Shown: positions 8,469 through 18,054, counted from the first letter of the stretch. The stretch: DNA of 32,000 nucleotides from Patescibacteria group bacterium (GCA_023480925.1 JAMCWY010000015.1:8338-40337), one strand, 5' to 3'. Made by a program: numbers and translations. Notes: generated from the letters alone by a model not told the origin.

Positions 8469-9638
8469 TTATAAATTACGGCTTATCGGTCGGAATTTTT
8501 TTCGGCCGCTTTTTAAGATCGCCTCGAGACCGATTAAATTTTCTTTGGCCAAGTATTCGAGCATCGCCCCGCCGCCAGTCGAGACGCGTTTGAACCGATT
8601 GATAAGTCCAAGCCGGTTAAGAAAAGCAATCGTGTCGCCGCCGCCGACTAAGACGAAATTTTTATTTTTGACCAAAGCTTGTGCCAACGTCTTTGTCCCA
8701 TTTTGGAACGATTTGTTTTCGACGTAACCGAGCGGGCCGTTCCAAACAATCGTCTCGGCCGATTTGATTTTGGTTAAGATTAGTTCAAGACTGGCTCGGC
8801 CCAGATCAAGAATTCGGTCGGTCGGTTTAATTTTATCAAGACCCGTTTCTTTTTTGTTCGCTAAAATAAAATCGGTTGGCAAAATAATTTTGGCCGAATC
8901 AATCGATTTGACTTTGGTTAAAGTTTTTTCTTCAATCAAAGATTGGCCGACTTGAGCACCTTTGGCTTTGAGGTAGGTGTTGGCTAGACCGCCGCCAAGA
9001 ATAATCAAGTCGGCCTTTTTGAGAAAATGAATAATCAGCGGCAGTTTCGTGCTTATTTTCGCTCCGCCTAAAATTAAAATTAACGGCCGTTTCGGTTTAA
9101 AAATTTGGTTGAGCTGTTTTAGTTCGTTTTCGAAATTGGGGCCGATGTAACTGGGCAAAAATTTTGGCGGTTGAACAATCGAGGCGTGCCGGCGATGGGA
9201 AGCGGAAAAGGCTTCGTTGATATAAATATCGGCCAAGCGAGCCAGCCGCCGGCCGAATTTTCGATCGTTTAATTTTTCGCCCGGCCAGAATCTGAGATTT
9301 TCGAGAAGATTGATTTTTGCTTTTGGTCTTTCGTCGGGATTTTTTAAAAAACCAATTTTAAGCCTTAATCTTTTTTCAATTTGAGGTAAAATTTTTTTGA
9401 AAGAAAATTTTTTCGCCGCCCTTGATCCGGGCTGAGGATTATCCCAGTGACTAATTAAAATTATTTGGCCAGCCGATTCAAGTTCAGCCAGTGTTTTTTT
9501 AACGCTCTCGATTCGGTGCCAGTCAAAAATCCGACCCTGGGCGAAATCAACATTGAAATCAACCCGGACGATTATTTTTTTATTTTTAACTTTATTTTTG
9601 TTTTGACTGAGCCGAAATTTTTTTTCAGGTTTGATCAT
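8469..9638 (-). CDS. pgk: Phosphoglycerate kinase
   Basis: KKIIVRVDFNV N-terminal motif, GGAKISTK, GGGDT and STGGGAMLEYL motifs. I place the start at ATG 9638..9636 (MIKPEKKF...) rather than the ORF-track start at 9686, which would overlap comM by 62 nt. Confidence 0.9.
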   Translation of the reverse strand: MIKPEKKFRLSQNKNKVKNKKIIVRVDFNVDFAQGRIFDWHRIESVKKTLAELESAGQIILISHWDNPQPGSRAAKKFSFKKILPQIEKRLRLKIGFLKNPDERPKAKINLLENLRFWPGEKLNDRKFGRRLARLADIYINEAFSASHRRHASIVQPPKFLPSYIGPNFENELKQLNQIFKPKRPLILILGGAKISTKLPLIIHFLKKADLIILGGGLANTYLKAKGAQVGQSLIEEKTLTKVKSIDSAKIILPTDFILANKKETGLDKIKPTDRILDLGRASLELILTKIKSAETIVWNGPLGYVENKSFQNGTKTLAQALVKNKNFVLVGGGDTIAFLNRLGLINRFKRVSTGGGAMLEYLAKENLIGLEAILKSGRKKFRPISRNL

Positions 9639-11124
9639 CGTTTTGAAAACGGTACTGAATCGCTTCGGCGACAGCCGCTGGCACAATTGTTTCGGTTTGA
9701 TCGAGGTCGGCGATGGTTCGGCTAATTTTTAAAATTTTATGAATGCCGCGAAGGGAGAGACGAAACCGATCCGCCGCGGTTTCGAGTAAAGTTTGGCTGG
9801 CCGATTCGAGGAGACAAAATTCTTTTAGCTCCTTGGGTTTGAGCTCGGCATTGGCCTTGCCCTGACGCTCTTCTTGCTTTAAACGCAGATCATTAATAAG
9901 CGTTTTAGTTTTAGCCACGTTAATCTTGTTTTCTTTAAAGATCTCGGCGCTTTTTTGGCGCGGGATGTTTAAAAAAATATCCATTCGATCAAGAAGCGGC
10001 CCGGAGATTTTTTTGCGGTAGCGTCTGATCTCGACGGCGGAACAGACGCATTCTTTTTCCGGATCGTCGTAAAAACCGCAGGGGCAGGGGTTGTAAGCGC
10101 CGATAAAGATGAACCGAGCCGGAAATTTCAAGGTTTGTTTCGATCGACTGACCGTGATCTCGTTCGTTTCAAGCGGCTCGCGCAGGCCTTCAAGAACATC
10201 GCGGTGAAACTCCGGCAGCTCGTCAAAAAAAAGAACGCCATGGTGAGCCAAGCTGATTTCGCCCGGTTTGGGCGTTTGGCCGCCGCCTAAAATAGCGATG
10301 GCCGAGGCGGAGTGGTGAGGGTTGCGGAACGGCGGCCTGGTTTTAAATTGGTCAAACTGGCCGATCGCGCTTTGGACGCTGGAAACTTCGATCGCCTCGG
10401 CGTAAGTCAGACCGGGCAAGAGCGAGACGATGTTTTGGGCGATTAAGGTTTTACCCGTGCCGGGCGGGCCGTAAAGGAGGAGGTTGTGTTTGCCGCCGGC
10501 GGCGATAATCAAAGCGCGAAGAATGTGTTCGGGAATTTTGAGAAAAGAAAAATCGGTCTCGTCCGGTTCAGACTTAAACTCTTCGGCTTGAAGTGGTTCT
10601 TCGATCTGGCGGTCTTCAAGGTGGGCGATCAAGTCTTGGAGATTGTTGAATAAAAATATAGGCTGGTTTTTTAAATATTTTACCTCTTCATAATTTTCTT
10701 GAGGTAGGTGAATTTCATCAAAGTTTTCTTTGGTTGAGCTTAGAATGATCGGCAGGGCGCCTTTGACTTTTCTCAAACGGCCGTTTAAACCAAGCTCGGC
10801 TAAGAATAAAATCTTTTTTTTTGGTTTGATCAATTGGCCCGAGGCGATCAAAAAACTGACGGCGATGGCTAAGTCCAAAATCGGTCCCTCTTTTTTTAAA
10901 TCGGCCGGGGCGAGGTTAACGATCGTCTTTTTATTAAACTTGAGCGGCGGCTTGGCTTTGATTGAGCGAATGGCCAAGGCGATTCTTTCTTTCGACTCGT
11001 TGATGCTTTGGTCGGGCAGGCCAACGATCGAAAAAGAAGACAAGCCGTTAAGGACGTCGGCTTCAACCTCGATCAGCCGGCCTTGAAGACCAACTAACGT
11101 GGCGGAATAAACTTTGGCATACAT
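9625..11124 (-). CDS. comM: YifB/ComM family Mg-chelatase-like AAA+ ATPase
   Basis: N-terminal Lon-like domain (ATLVGLQGRLIEVEADV), Walker A YGPPGTGKTLIA, GVLFFDELPEF, a Cys cluster NPCPCGFY...CVC and a C-terminal Mg-chelatase domain. TGA stop at 9625..9627 overlaps the pgk start by 14 nt. Confidence 0.9.
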   Translation of the reverse strand: MYAKVYSATLVGLQGRLIEVEADVLNGLSSFSIVGLPDQSINESKERIALAIRSIKAKPPLKFNKKTIVNLAPADLKKEGPILDLAIAVSFLIASGQLIKPKKKILFLAELGLNGRLRKVKGALPIILSSTKENFDEIHLPQENYEEVKYLKNQPIFLFNNLQDLIAHLEDRQIEEPLQAEEFKSEPDETDFSFLKIPEHILRALIIAAGGKHNLLLYGPPGTGKTLIAQNIVSLLPGLTYAEAIEVSSVQSAIGQFDQFKTRPPFRNPHHSASAIAILGGGQTPKPGEISLAHHGVLFFDELPEFHRDVLEGLREPLETNEITVSRSKQTLKFPARFIFIGAYNPCPCGFYDDPEKECVCSAVEIRRYRKKISGPLLDRMDIFLNIPRQKSAEIFKENKINVAKTKTLINDLRLKQEERQGKANAELKPKELKEFCLLESASQTLLETAADRFRLSLRGIHKILKISRTIADLDQTETIVPAAVAEAIQYRFQNDDQT

Positions 11125-11286
11125 TAGTTTATTTTAATCTAATTTCACTCGCCCCGCCAAAAAATAATCAATATTTAAATCGGATAAAAACAACAAACAA
11201 AATAATCTGAAATTATCTATCTTGACCACCGTCTTTTTTTGGCCTCGGTTCGAGCGAGTTTGAATCAACTGATTAAGTTTATCTAA

Positions 11287-12990
11287 TCAGTTTGAACAAG
11301 GCGGCAGGAGTTTTTTCAGATCGGTTGATTGGCGAACGGTTACGCCCGTTTCCCGGCTTAAGATTTTTAAACCGTTTTGATAATTAGCGCCGCGTTTCAA
11401 AATAATGGCGCTGCTGTTAATCGCGTCAATGCCATAATTTTTACTTTTGAGCGCAGCTAAAACCAAACACTGGTAATCGTTTTTCAAAAGAGGGAAGGTT
11501 GGACCGATCTGGACTAAGGCGATATACTCAATCGTAGAACGAGCGAAAGTTTGATCAAGTTCTTTCGCGGAAATCGGCGAGTAACCAAAACCTAATTGCT
11601 GTCTCAAAACTTGAACACTGTTGCCATAAGCGGTTTGGTAAAAAGGATTAGGAAAAAGATAAATCTTGCGGCGATGAGTAAGGTGAGGAACAAGGGCGGC
11701 TTGAGCGGAAACCGAGGCGTTGGCCGGAATGATTTTTAATAATTTATTTATTTGCTTTGATTGATAAGAACTTAATGGTTGGACCAGAGGCCAGTTTGAC
11801 CCGGAAAGATAAAAAGGACTTTGGCTTAAACCAAAGATCAAAGCGGTCAGAAACAAAATACTCAGTAAGAAAGTGAAAGCGCCGCCGCAATCTTTATCGC
11901 CTCGATCTCGGATTCGTTGAAAACCAACGACGGCGGCGATAAAAATAAACGGGATGAGGAACGCCGCGTACTGATAATAAATCGTATGCATAAAAATTCG
12001 TCGGCTGAGCAAATTCAAAAGTAACATGGGCAGAGTCAAGACAAAAATTTCAGGAGCGAAAAGCGGCAGAAAAAGAAGCGGTCCGAAAAGATCAAAGAAG
12101 TAAAACCAGTTTTGTTTATTATTGAGATAGTTTAGAATTTTTAATGGTTGGGTCAAGATTATTTTAAATATCGCTAAGGGCGTTTGGCCAAATTGAGAGT
12201 AAAGCCAGAAGTAAGGCGATGGTTGGCCGTGGTGAAAGAGTTGAAGAATTAAGAGAGCGGCGGTCAAAGCGAGGCAACCAAAAAATAAGGTTAGCCAACC
12301 AATCCGGCGATCAGTTTTAAAAGCGTAAAGGCCAAGGAGGATAATTGTTAACGCCGCGGTTTCTTTTGTCGCGGCAATCAAGAATAAACAAACTAGATAG
12401 AAAACAAAACGTTGATCGTTAAAAGAGAAACGAGGTTTGAGGCTAAGGAGGTAAAGGGCGGTTAATAGAAGAGGAACGACAAAAATTTCCGGGTGGAAGT
12501 CGAAAGTATTTATCCACTCCAAGGCGGGGTAAAGAAGATAAGCCAGGGCGAAAAGTAAAGCCAAGGGCGCCGAGCCGGTTTTCTTTTTCGAGAAGAGATA
12601 AAGGGGCAGGCTAGCCAAAGCCAAAGCCAAAGTTTGGACGATCAAAAGTATTTTGACATTGCTCCAAATCCAATAAAGCGGCGCGAGTAGGTAAAGGCTG
12701 AGGCTAAGGTGATCAGCTAGAATATTCATACCCCGAACCGTGTCAAAAGCCGGCTGAAATTTACTTATCAACCAAACGGCTTGATCAAAAATGCCCAAGT
12801 CAAAGGCAGTCAAGGCAAAACGCGCGTAAAGATAAAAGGCTTGGCGGATAAAAAGGAAAACATAAATCGCGATCGACAACAATAAAAATAAAAAACAGAC
12901 TTGTTCAAGTTTGTTTGCCGATAATTTATTTTTCCAATCAATTCTAAAACGCGGTTTCATTAAAATTTCGAAGTCATCCAAATCGTCCAA
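11287..12990 (-). CDS. Polytopic membrane protein, DUF2079 family (putative GT-C-like glycosyltransferase)
   Basis: About 12 or more hydrophobic segments. The FDLGIFDQAVWLIS motif near the N-terminus is characteristic of DUF2079 as I remember it. Lies immediately downstream (2-nt gap) of a GT2 polyprenol-phosphate sugar synthase. Confidence 0.65.
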   Translation of the reverse strand: MDDLDDFEILMKPRFRIDWKNKLSANKLEQVCFLFLLLSIAIYVFLFIRQAFYLYARFALTAFDLGIFDQAVWLISKFQPAFDTVRGMNILADHLSLSLYLLAPLYWIWSNVKILLIVQTLALALASLPLYLFSKKKTGSAPLALLFALAYLLYPALEWINTFDFHPEIFVVPLLLTALYLLSLKPRFSFNDQRFVFYLVCLFLIAATKETAALTIILLGLYAFKTDRRIGWLTLFFGCLALTAALLILQLFHHGQPSPYFWLYSQFGQTPLAIFKIILTQPLKILNYLNNKQNWFYFFDLFGPLLFLPLFAPEIFVLTLPMLLLNLLSRRIFMHTIYYQYAAFLIPFIFIAAVVGFQRIRDRGDKDCGGAFTFLLSILFLTALIFGLSQSPFYLSGSNWPLVQPLSSYQSKQINKLLKIIPANASVSAQAALVPHLTHRRKIYLFPNPFYQTAYGNSVQVLRQQLGFGYSPISAKELDQTFARSTIEYIALVQIGPTFPLLKNDYQCLVLAALKSKNYGIDAINSSAIILKRGANYQNGLKILSRETGVTVRQSTDLKKLLPPCSN

Positions 12991-12992
12991 AT

Positions 12993-13703
12993 TCAGAACG
13001 TCTTAATTGATTTTAAGTGCCAAGGCAAAAAAAGCGATTCCTTGACAATTGCCGAGGTTAATTTCGATTGGCCATTTTTTCGACCAACAAAAGTGATTGG
13101 CGTTTCGACAAAACCAAAACCGGCTTGATTGACTCGGTAAGCAAATTCAACCAGAAAACCGTAACCATTGGAAAAAAAATTTTCAAGTTGGATTTGTCGA
13201 AGCAATTTTCGGGAAAAACAACGAAAGCCGCTGGTTAAATCGTTCACCGGCAGTCGAAGCGTTATTTTATAGTAATAGTTCGCGCTCCGGCTTAAAAATA
13301 ATCTCTTTTTGTTATAATTATTGATTCGACTGCCATAGACGTAACGTGAACCAATGACGAATTTTTTTGTTAAGATCGCTTGATCGATCAGACGAAGTAA
13401 GTCGGCTGGTCGATGAGAAAGGTCCGCATCCATTTGACAAATCAAATCATAGTTTTGATTTAGAACTTTTTTAAAGCCGGCCAGATAAGCCGGGCCGAAT
13501 CCTTGTTTTAGGGGTCGGTGGAGAACTTGAACAAATTCTGACTGCTGACTGAGTCCGTCCGCGATCCGGCCCGTTCCATCAGGAGAGTTGTCGTCAATAA
13601 TTAAAATATCAAGGTTGGTCCGAGTCGGTTTCAACAACTGGCCAACCAACTCTTTAATGTTCGAAGCTTCGTTATAGGTCGGAATAATAACGATGTTTTT
13701 CAT
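12993..13703 (-). CDS. GT2 polyprenol/dolichol-phosphate mannosyltransferase (Dpm1/Ppm1-like)
   Basis: IVIIPTYNEASNI, IIDDNSPDGTG and QMDADLSH (DXD-type) motifs with 236-aa length, typical of Dpm1-like GT2 enzymes. Confidence 0.85.
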   Translation of the reverse strand: MKNIVIIPTYNEASNIKELVGQLLKPTRTNLDILIIDDNSPDGTGRIADGLSQQSEFVQVLHRPLKQGFGPAYLAGFKKVLNQNYDLICQMDADLSHRPADLLRLIDQAILTKKFVIGSRYVYGSRINNYNKKRLFLSRSANYYYKITLRLPVNDLTSGFRCFSRKLLRQIQLENFFSNGYGFLVEFAYRVNQAGFGFVETPITFVGRKNGQSKLTSAIVKESLFLPWHLKSIKTF

Positions 13704-13790
13704 TGTTCGGTTCAGCCGGAAATTTTTTTATTATAACCTATTGTAGGTGATTCGGGTTGAAAATTTTAAAAATGGTTTATAATTAAACTT

Positions 13791-14224
13791 AAGATAAAGA
13801 AGTGGTTGCTCGATCTTTGGTCGAGAGGAAAGTCCGGACACCCAGCCGGCCGTTCGAGCTTGTTCGATCGTCGGCAAAAGTTCTTTCGAAAGAAAGTGGG
13901 GCGTGAGTTTCAGCTAAGGCCACAGAGACGATACGACCTTCGGGCAAATGTGAAAAGTGAACGGATGTCCAAAAATTCGTTTTGGGGCTGCCGTTCTTTT
14001 CGATCAAGCGATTGATCGAAATGGCCTTTTCAACTTGGGCGCAAGGCCGCGCCCAACGCTTTCTCTTCGGAATTTTGTCAAAGGATTTTTTGGTTAATGT
14101 TCGCCATTCCGCTTTTAAATTTGGCTTCCGGAAAGAAAGCGTTGGGAGTGCCGCTTGACCCTGAAAGCAATTTCGGGGCTTAGATAAATAACCGCTAAAA
14201 CAGAATCCGGCTTATCTTTGTCTT
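13791..14224 (+). ncRNA. rnpB: RNase P RNA (bacterial type, M1 RNA)
   Basis: Universal P4 strands are present: GAGAGGAAAGTCCGGAC near 13823 and ACAGAATCCGGCTTATC near 14200. P1 pairing is aagataaaga (13791..13800) with tctttgtctt (14215..14224). GNRA-capped hairpins are ctttcGAAAgaaag and tcgatcaaGCGAttgatcga. AGATAAATAACCGC precedes the 3' P4 strand. The ORF-track entries 13789..14007(-) and 13806..14015(+) fall inside it and are spurious. Confidence 0.9.
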
Positions 14225-14255
14225 ATTTGGTTTTACAACTGAATCGGACTTTTTG

Positions 14256-14285
14256 TTGATAGTTATGATCAAAATATTGTATAAT
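14256..14285 (+). promoter_or_regulatory. Candidate promoter of the rpsL-rpsG-fusA operon (TTGATA - 18 nt - TATAAT, TG just upstream of the -10)
   Basis: TTGATA at 14256..14261 and TGTATAAT at 14278..14285, about 85 nt upstream of the rpsL ATG. Confidence 0.45.
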
Positions 14286-14368
14286 AAAGATTAGATTAAG
14301 AATTTGGTTTTTAGTAAAAGAAAAATTAAGAAAAAACCAGGAGTTTTGGATTTTTATTTGATTTAAAA

Positions 14369-14788
14369 ATGCCAACGATTAACCAGTTAGTTAAAAATAA
14401 ACGAAGAGCGAATAAAAAGAAATCCCGTTCAGTCGCCCTGCTTTCAATTTATAACACCAATAAAAGAAAGGATAAGTTTATAGCGTCGCCTTTTAAACGC
14501 GGCGTTTGCGTTCGCGTTTACACGATGACGCCGAAAAAACCGAACTCGGCCCTGAGGAAAGTGGCCAAGGTTAGATTGAGCAACAACAAGGAGGTAACGG
14601 CCTACATCCCCGGCGTCGGCCATAATCTTCAAGAACACTCGATTGTTTTGGTTCGCGGCGGCCGGGTCAAGGATTTGCCCGGCGTTCGTTATCATGTTGT
14701 TCGAGGCGTTTATGACACCGGCGGTGTTGAAACGAGAAAACAGGGCCGATCGTTGTATGGCGCGAAAAAACAAAAAGCAAAAGCGTAA
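14369..14788 (+). CDS. rpsL: 30S ribosomal protein S12
   Basis: [36 protein letters not shown] and [30 protein letters not shown] are near-invariant S12 blocks. Carries an extra segment of about 13 aa ([19 protein letters not shown]) in the N-terminal region. Confidence 0.97.
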   Translation: MPTINQLVKNKRRANKKKSRSVALLSIYNTNKRKDKFIASPFKRGVCVRVYTMTPKKPNSALRKVAKVRLSNNKEVTAYIPGVGHNLQEHSIVLVRGGRVKDLPGVRYHVVRGVYDTGGVETRKQGRSLYGAKKQKAKA

Positions 14789-14827
14789 TTTATAATTAAA
14801 TCCGAAAATTAAAATTAAAAAATAAAA

Positions 14828-15316
14828 ATGCGTCGTCCAGTTAAACAAAAGAAAAATTGGTTGCCCGATCCGATTTACAACAGTATCGCAGTGACGAGAT
14901 TTATCAACAATCTGATGTTAGAGGGCGAGAAGACCAAGGCTCAGAAAGTTTTTTATCAAGCTTTGGACGAGATTAAAAAGAAAACCAACCAAGACGGCTT
15001 TAAGGTTTTTCAAGAGGCGATTAAAAATGTCGGTCCGGCTATGGAAGTTTTGCCTCGGCGAATCGGCGGCGCCACCTACATGGTGCCGAGAATCGTTCGA
15101 AATGAAAGGAGATTTTCTCGGGCGGTCAAGTGGTTGATTAGTTCGGCCCGAGCGAAAAAAGGCAGGCAGACCTACTTGAATTTGACCGATGAGCTAATCG
15201 CGGCGAGCAAGAACGAAGGCGCGGCGATCAAGAAGAAAGAAGATGTTCAAAAATTAGCTGAATTAAATCGAGCCTTCGCCCATTTTTCTTGGTGGGGCAA
15301 ACGGAAGACGAATTAG
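14828..15316 (+). CDS. rpsG: 30S ribosomal protein S7
   Basis: DPIYNS, INNLMLEGEKTKAQKVFY, RRIGGATYMVP and the canonical position between rpsL and fusA. Confidence 0.95.
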   Translation: MRRPVKQKKNWLPDPIYNSIAVTRFINNLMLEGEKTKAQKVFYQALDEIKKKTNQDGFKVFQEAIKNVGPAMEVLPRRIGGATYMVPRIVRNERRFSRAVKWLISSARAKKGRQTYLNLTDELIAASKNEGAAIKKKEDVQKLAELNRAFAHFSWWGKRKTN

Positions 15317-15341
15317 GCGAACTTAATTTGATCGTGGTCTT

Positions 15342-15365
15342 GTTTGAATTTTTAAAAATTCAAAC
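15342..15365. repeat. Perfect 24-nt palindrome (gtttgaattttt/aaaaattcaaac) in the rpsG-fusA spacer
   Basis: Read directly: 12-nt arms with no loop, inside an unusually long (150 nt) rpsG-fusA intergenic region. Confidence 0.9.
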
Positions 15366-15466
15366 TTAGATTAAATTTAACTTCGATTAAACATTAAAGT
15401 CGGTTTTTAATTTTATCAATCAATTAATTTAGACAAACTAAGTCATTCAAGCTAGTCAGGCTAAAA

Positions 15467-17614
15467 ATGGAGAGAATCTATCCAATCGAGAAAACCCGTA
15501 ACATTGGCATCATCGCTCATATTGACGCAGGTAAGACAACGACAACCGAGCGGGTCTTGTACTACACCGGCGTCTCGTATAAAATCGGCGAAGTTCATGA
15601 AGGTACGACCGTGACTGATTGGATGCCGCAAGAGCGAGAACGAGGCATTACCATCACCTCGGCCGCGACGACTTGTTTTTGGAGTCCGAGCTACATCAAA
15701 ACCGTCGCGACGCGCGAGGAACGGCAACAGGGCGAGTATAAAATCAATATTATCGACACGCCTGGCCATGTTGATTTTACCGCCGAAGTCGAGAGATCTT
15801 TGCGAGTTCTCGACGGCGCCGTTGTCGTTTTTGACGGCGTTCAAGGCGTTGAGGCGCAATCGGAAACAGTTTGGCACCAAGCGGACAAGTATAATGTGCC
15901 GAGAATTTGTTTTATCAACAAGCTTGACCGGATGGGCGCGAGTTTTGAAGATTCGTTAAAATCAATCCAGGAAAAATTGACGCCGAACGCGGTCGCGATT
16001 ACCCGGCCGATCGGTTTGGAGGAAAACTTTAAAGCGATTATCGATCTAATTAGAATGAAAGCGGTTTATTTCGACGGCAACTTGGGCGAGACGATTCGGC
16101 TTGAAGAAATTCCCGATGATTTTAAGGCCGAGGCGGAGAAAGAACATCGCCGTCTTTTGGAAAAAATCGCCGAGACGGACGAAGAATTTTTAGAAAAACA
16201 TCTAAGCGGTCAGGATCCAAATCCAAGCGAGATCAGACAAGCTTTGCGCCGGGCGACTCTAAATTATGATCTTGTCCCGGTCTACGCCGGTTCTTCTTTA
16301 CAAAATAAGGGCGTTCAATTGGTTTTGGACGGCGTCATCGATTATCTGCCTTCGCCGGCCGACTTGCCGCCGATTAAAGGTTTTGATCCAAAAACAATGG
16401 TCGAGATTGAGCGGCGTCAAGTTGACGAAGAGCCGTTCGCCGGTTTGATTTTTAAAATTATGGTTGATCCGTTTATTGGTTCGCTTTCGTACTTGCGAGT
16501 TTATTCCGGCGTTTTGCGCCGAGGCGATTCGGTTCTTGATGTTAACACCAACAAGACTGTTCGAGCCGGCCGGATCGTTCGAATGCACGCCAATCACCGG
16601 GAAGAAGTTGAAGAATTTTTCGCCGGCGACATCGGCGCGATCATCGGCTTAAAAGAAGTTCAGACCGGCGAGACGTTGGCTGATGCCCAAAAACCGATTA
16701 TTCTGGAAAAGATTGAATTTAAGGAGCCGGTTATATGGCAAAGGATCGAACCGAAGACGAAATCTGATCAGGAAAAAATGGGCCTGGGACTTAAATCGTT
16801 AATGGATGAAGATCCAAGCTTCCGGATTCGGGTTGACCAAGAAACCGGCGATACTTTGATCGGCGGTATGGGCGAACTTCATTTGGAAATTAAGGTTGAT
16901 ATTTTAAAGCGGAGTTTTAAGATTGAAGCCAACGTGGGCAAACCTCAGGTCGCTTACCGCGAAGCAATCACGAAAGTTGTCGACGAAGCCGAAGGTAAGT
17001 ATATTCGTCAAAGCGGCGGTCGGGGCCAATACGGTCACGTCGTTATGAAGCTTGAACCGCTTGAACGCGACGCTGGTTTTGAATTTGTCAACGCGATCAA
17101 GGGCGGTGTTATTCCCGAGTCGTACATTCCGGCGGTTGAAAAGGGCGTGCGTGAGGCGATGGATAAGGGTGTTTTGGCCGGCTATCCGATCAGAGACATT
17201 AAGGTGACTTTGCGCGATGGTTCTTACCACGAAGTTGACTCATCGGAGATGGCTTTTAAAATTGCCGGTTCGATCGGTTTTCAGGAAGGAGTAAAAATGG
17301 CTAAGCCGGTATTGCTCGAACCGATTATGCAAATCGAAGTTAATGTCCCGGCTGAATTTATCGGCGATGTCACCGGCGATTTGGCTTCGCGTCGAGCTCG
17401 AATCGAAGAAGTCTCCGATCGGAGCAACTTGAAGGTGATTAAAGCGAAGGTGCCGTTGGCTGAAGTTTTTGGTTATGTCACGGTTTTGCGTTCTTTGACA
17501 CAGGGCCGAGGTTATGCTACAATGGAATTTTCCGTTTATCAAGAAGTCCCTCAAAATTTGACTCAATTAATCATCAACAATAAACAATTAACTCAAGGCG
17601 GAAAAATAAAGTAA
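15467..17614 (+). CDS. fusA: Translation elongation factor G
   Basis: G1 [13 protein letters not shown]3 DTPGHVDF, G4 NKLDR and domain IV/V blocks ([18 protein letters not shown]). 715 aa, in str-operon context. Confidence 0.97.
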   Translation: MERIYPIEKTRNIGIIAHIDAGKTTTTERVLYYTGVSYKIGEVHEGTTVTDWMPQERERGITITSAATTCFWSPSYIKTVATREERQQGEYKINIIDTPGHVDFTAEVERSLRVLDGAVVVFDGVQGVEAQSETVWHQADKYNVPRICFINKLDRMGASFEDSLKSIQEKLTPNAVAITRPIGLEENFKAIIDLIRMKAVYFDGNLGETIRLEEIPDDFKAEAEKEHRRLLEKIAETDEEFLEKHLSGQDPNPSEIRQALRRATLNYDLVPVYAGSSLQNKGVQLVLDGVIDYLPSPADLPPIKGFDPKTMVEIERRQVDEEPFAGLIFKIMVDPFIGSLSYLRVYSGVLRRGDSVLDVNTNKTVRAGRIVRMHANHREEVEEFFAGDIGAIIGLKEVQTGETLADAQKPIILEKIEFKEPVIWQRIEPKTKSDQEKMGLGLKSLMDEDPSFRIRVDQETGDTLIGGMGELHLEIKVDILKRSFKIEANVGKPQVAYREAITKVVDEAEGKYIRQSGGRGQYGHVVMKLEPLERDAGFEFVNAIKGGVIPESYIPAVEKGVREAMDKGVLAGYPIRDIKVTLRDGSYHEVDSSEMAFKIAGSIGFQEGVKMAKPVLLEPIMQIEVNVPAEFIGDVTGDLASRRARIEEVSDRSNLKVIKAKVPLAEVFGYVTVLRSLTQGRGYATMEFSVYQEVPQNLTQLIINNKQLTQGGKIK

Positions 17615-17625
17615 AGGGTCAGTTA

Positions 17626-18036
17626 TTGGTCGAGATTCTTGTTTCAGTCGTTGTTTTGGTTATTATTATTCTCGTGGCCATGGCCAGTTTGTTTCTAATG
17701 CCGGAGGTTTTGTCTTATGGCGCCAACGTCGAAAACGTTCAGTCGCTTTTAACTTCTTATCAAAGTATCGCCGAGGCGGAAGGAAATAATTTTAGCGATC
17801 TTAATAGTTTGGCCACTAACACCAATTATTATTTTTTTGCCAGCGGCACGAGTTGGCGGTTCGCCACGGGCCAGGAGCAGGTTTCTTTGAATAATTCAAA
17901 TTATACTCGTTGGTTTAGTCTTGGTAGTTTAAGTTTTACTCCGGCTCGACCTAATAATGTTAAACAGTTAAATCTTTATGTCAATGACGGCAATCAAACT
18001 TACGAGAGCGATTTAATTATTACCAAATGGCGATAA
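17626..18036 (+). CDS. Pseudopilin-like protein (type IV pilin-type N-terminal helix, apparently leaderless)
   Basis: The frame read from the stop at 17608 gives [28 protein letters not shown]. That is a G/x-x-L-x-E class-III signal motif followed by a hydrophobic helix. The only in-frame start is TTG at 17626, which lies after the Gly. Begins 12 nt after the fusA stop. Confidence 0.6.
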   Translation: MVEILVSVVVLVIIILVAMASLFLMPEVLSYGANVENVQSLLTSYQSIAEAEGNNFSDLNSLATNTNYYFFASGTSWRFATGQEQVSLNNSNYTRWFSLGSLSFTPARPNNVKQLNLYVNDGNQTYESDLIITKWR

Positions 18037-18054
18037 AAAAATAAATTAAGGCCG

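Noticed and set aside
9639-9686. Upstream extension of pgk to the ORF-track start at 9686
   Set aside because: It adds MCQRLSPKRFSTVFKT, which has no counterpart in Pgk proteins and overlaps comM by 62 nt. The ATG at 9638 gives a normal Pgk N-terminus.
13789-14015. ORF-track entries 13789..14007(-) and 13806..14015(+)
   Set aside because: Both lie entirely within the RNase P RNA, which has clear P4 consensus strands and P1 pairing. Their translations are low-complexity and look like chance ORFs.
14444-17566. Antisense or off-frame ORFs inside rpsL, rpsG and fusA (for example 14444..14848(-), 15461..15880(-), 16298..16597(-), 16904..17230(-), 17240..17566(-))
   Set aside because: These are shadow ORFs of highly conserved genes whose identity is certain. 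They have no independent motifs.
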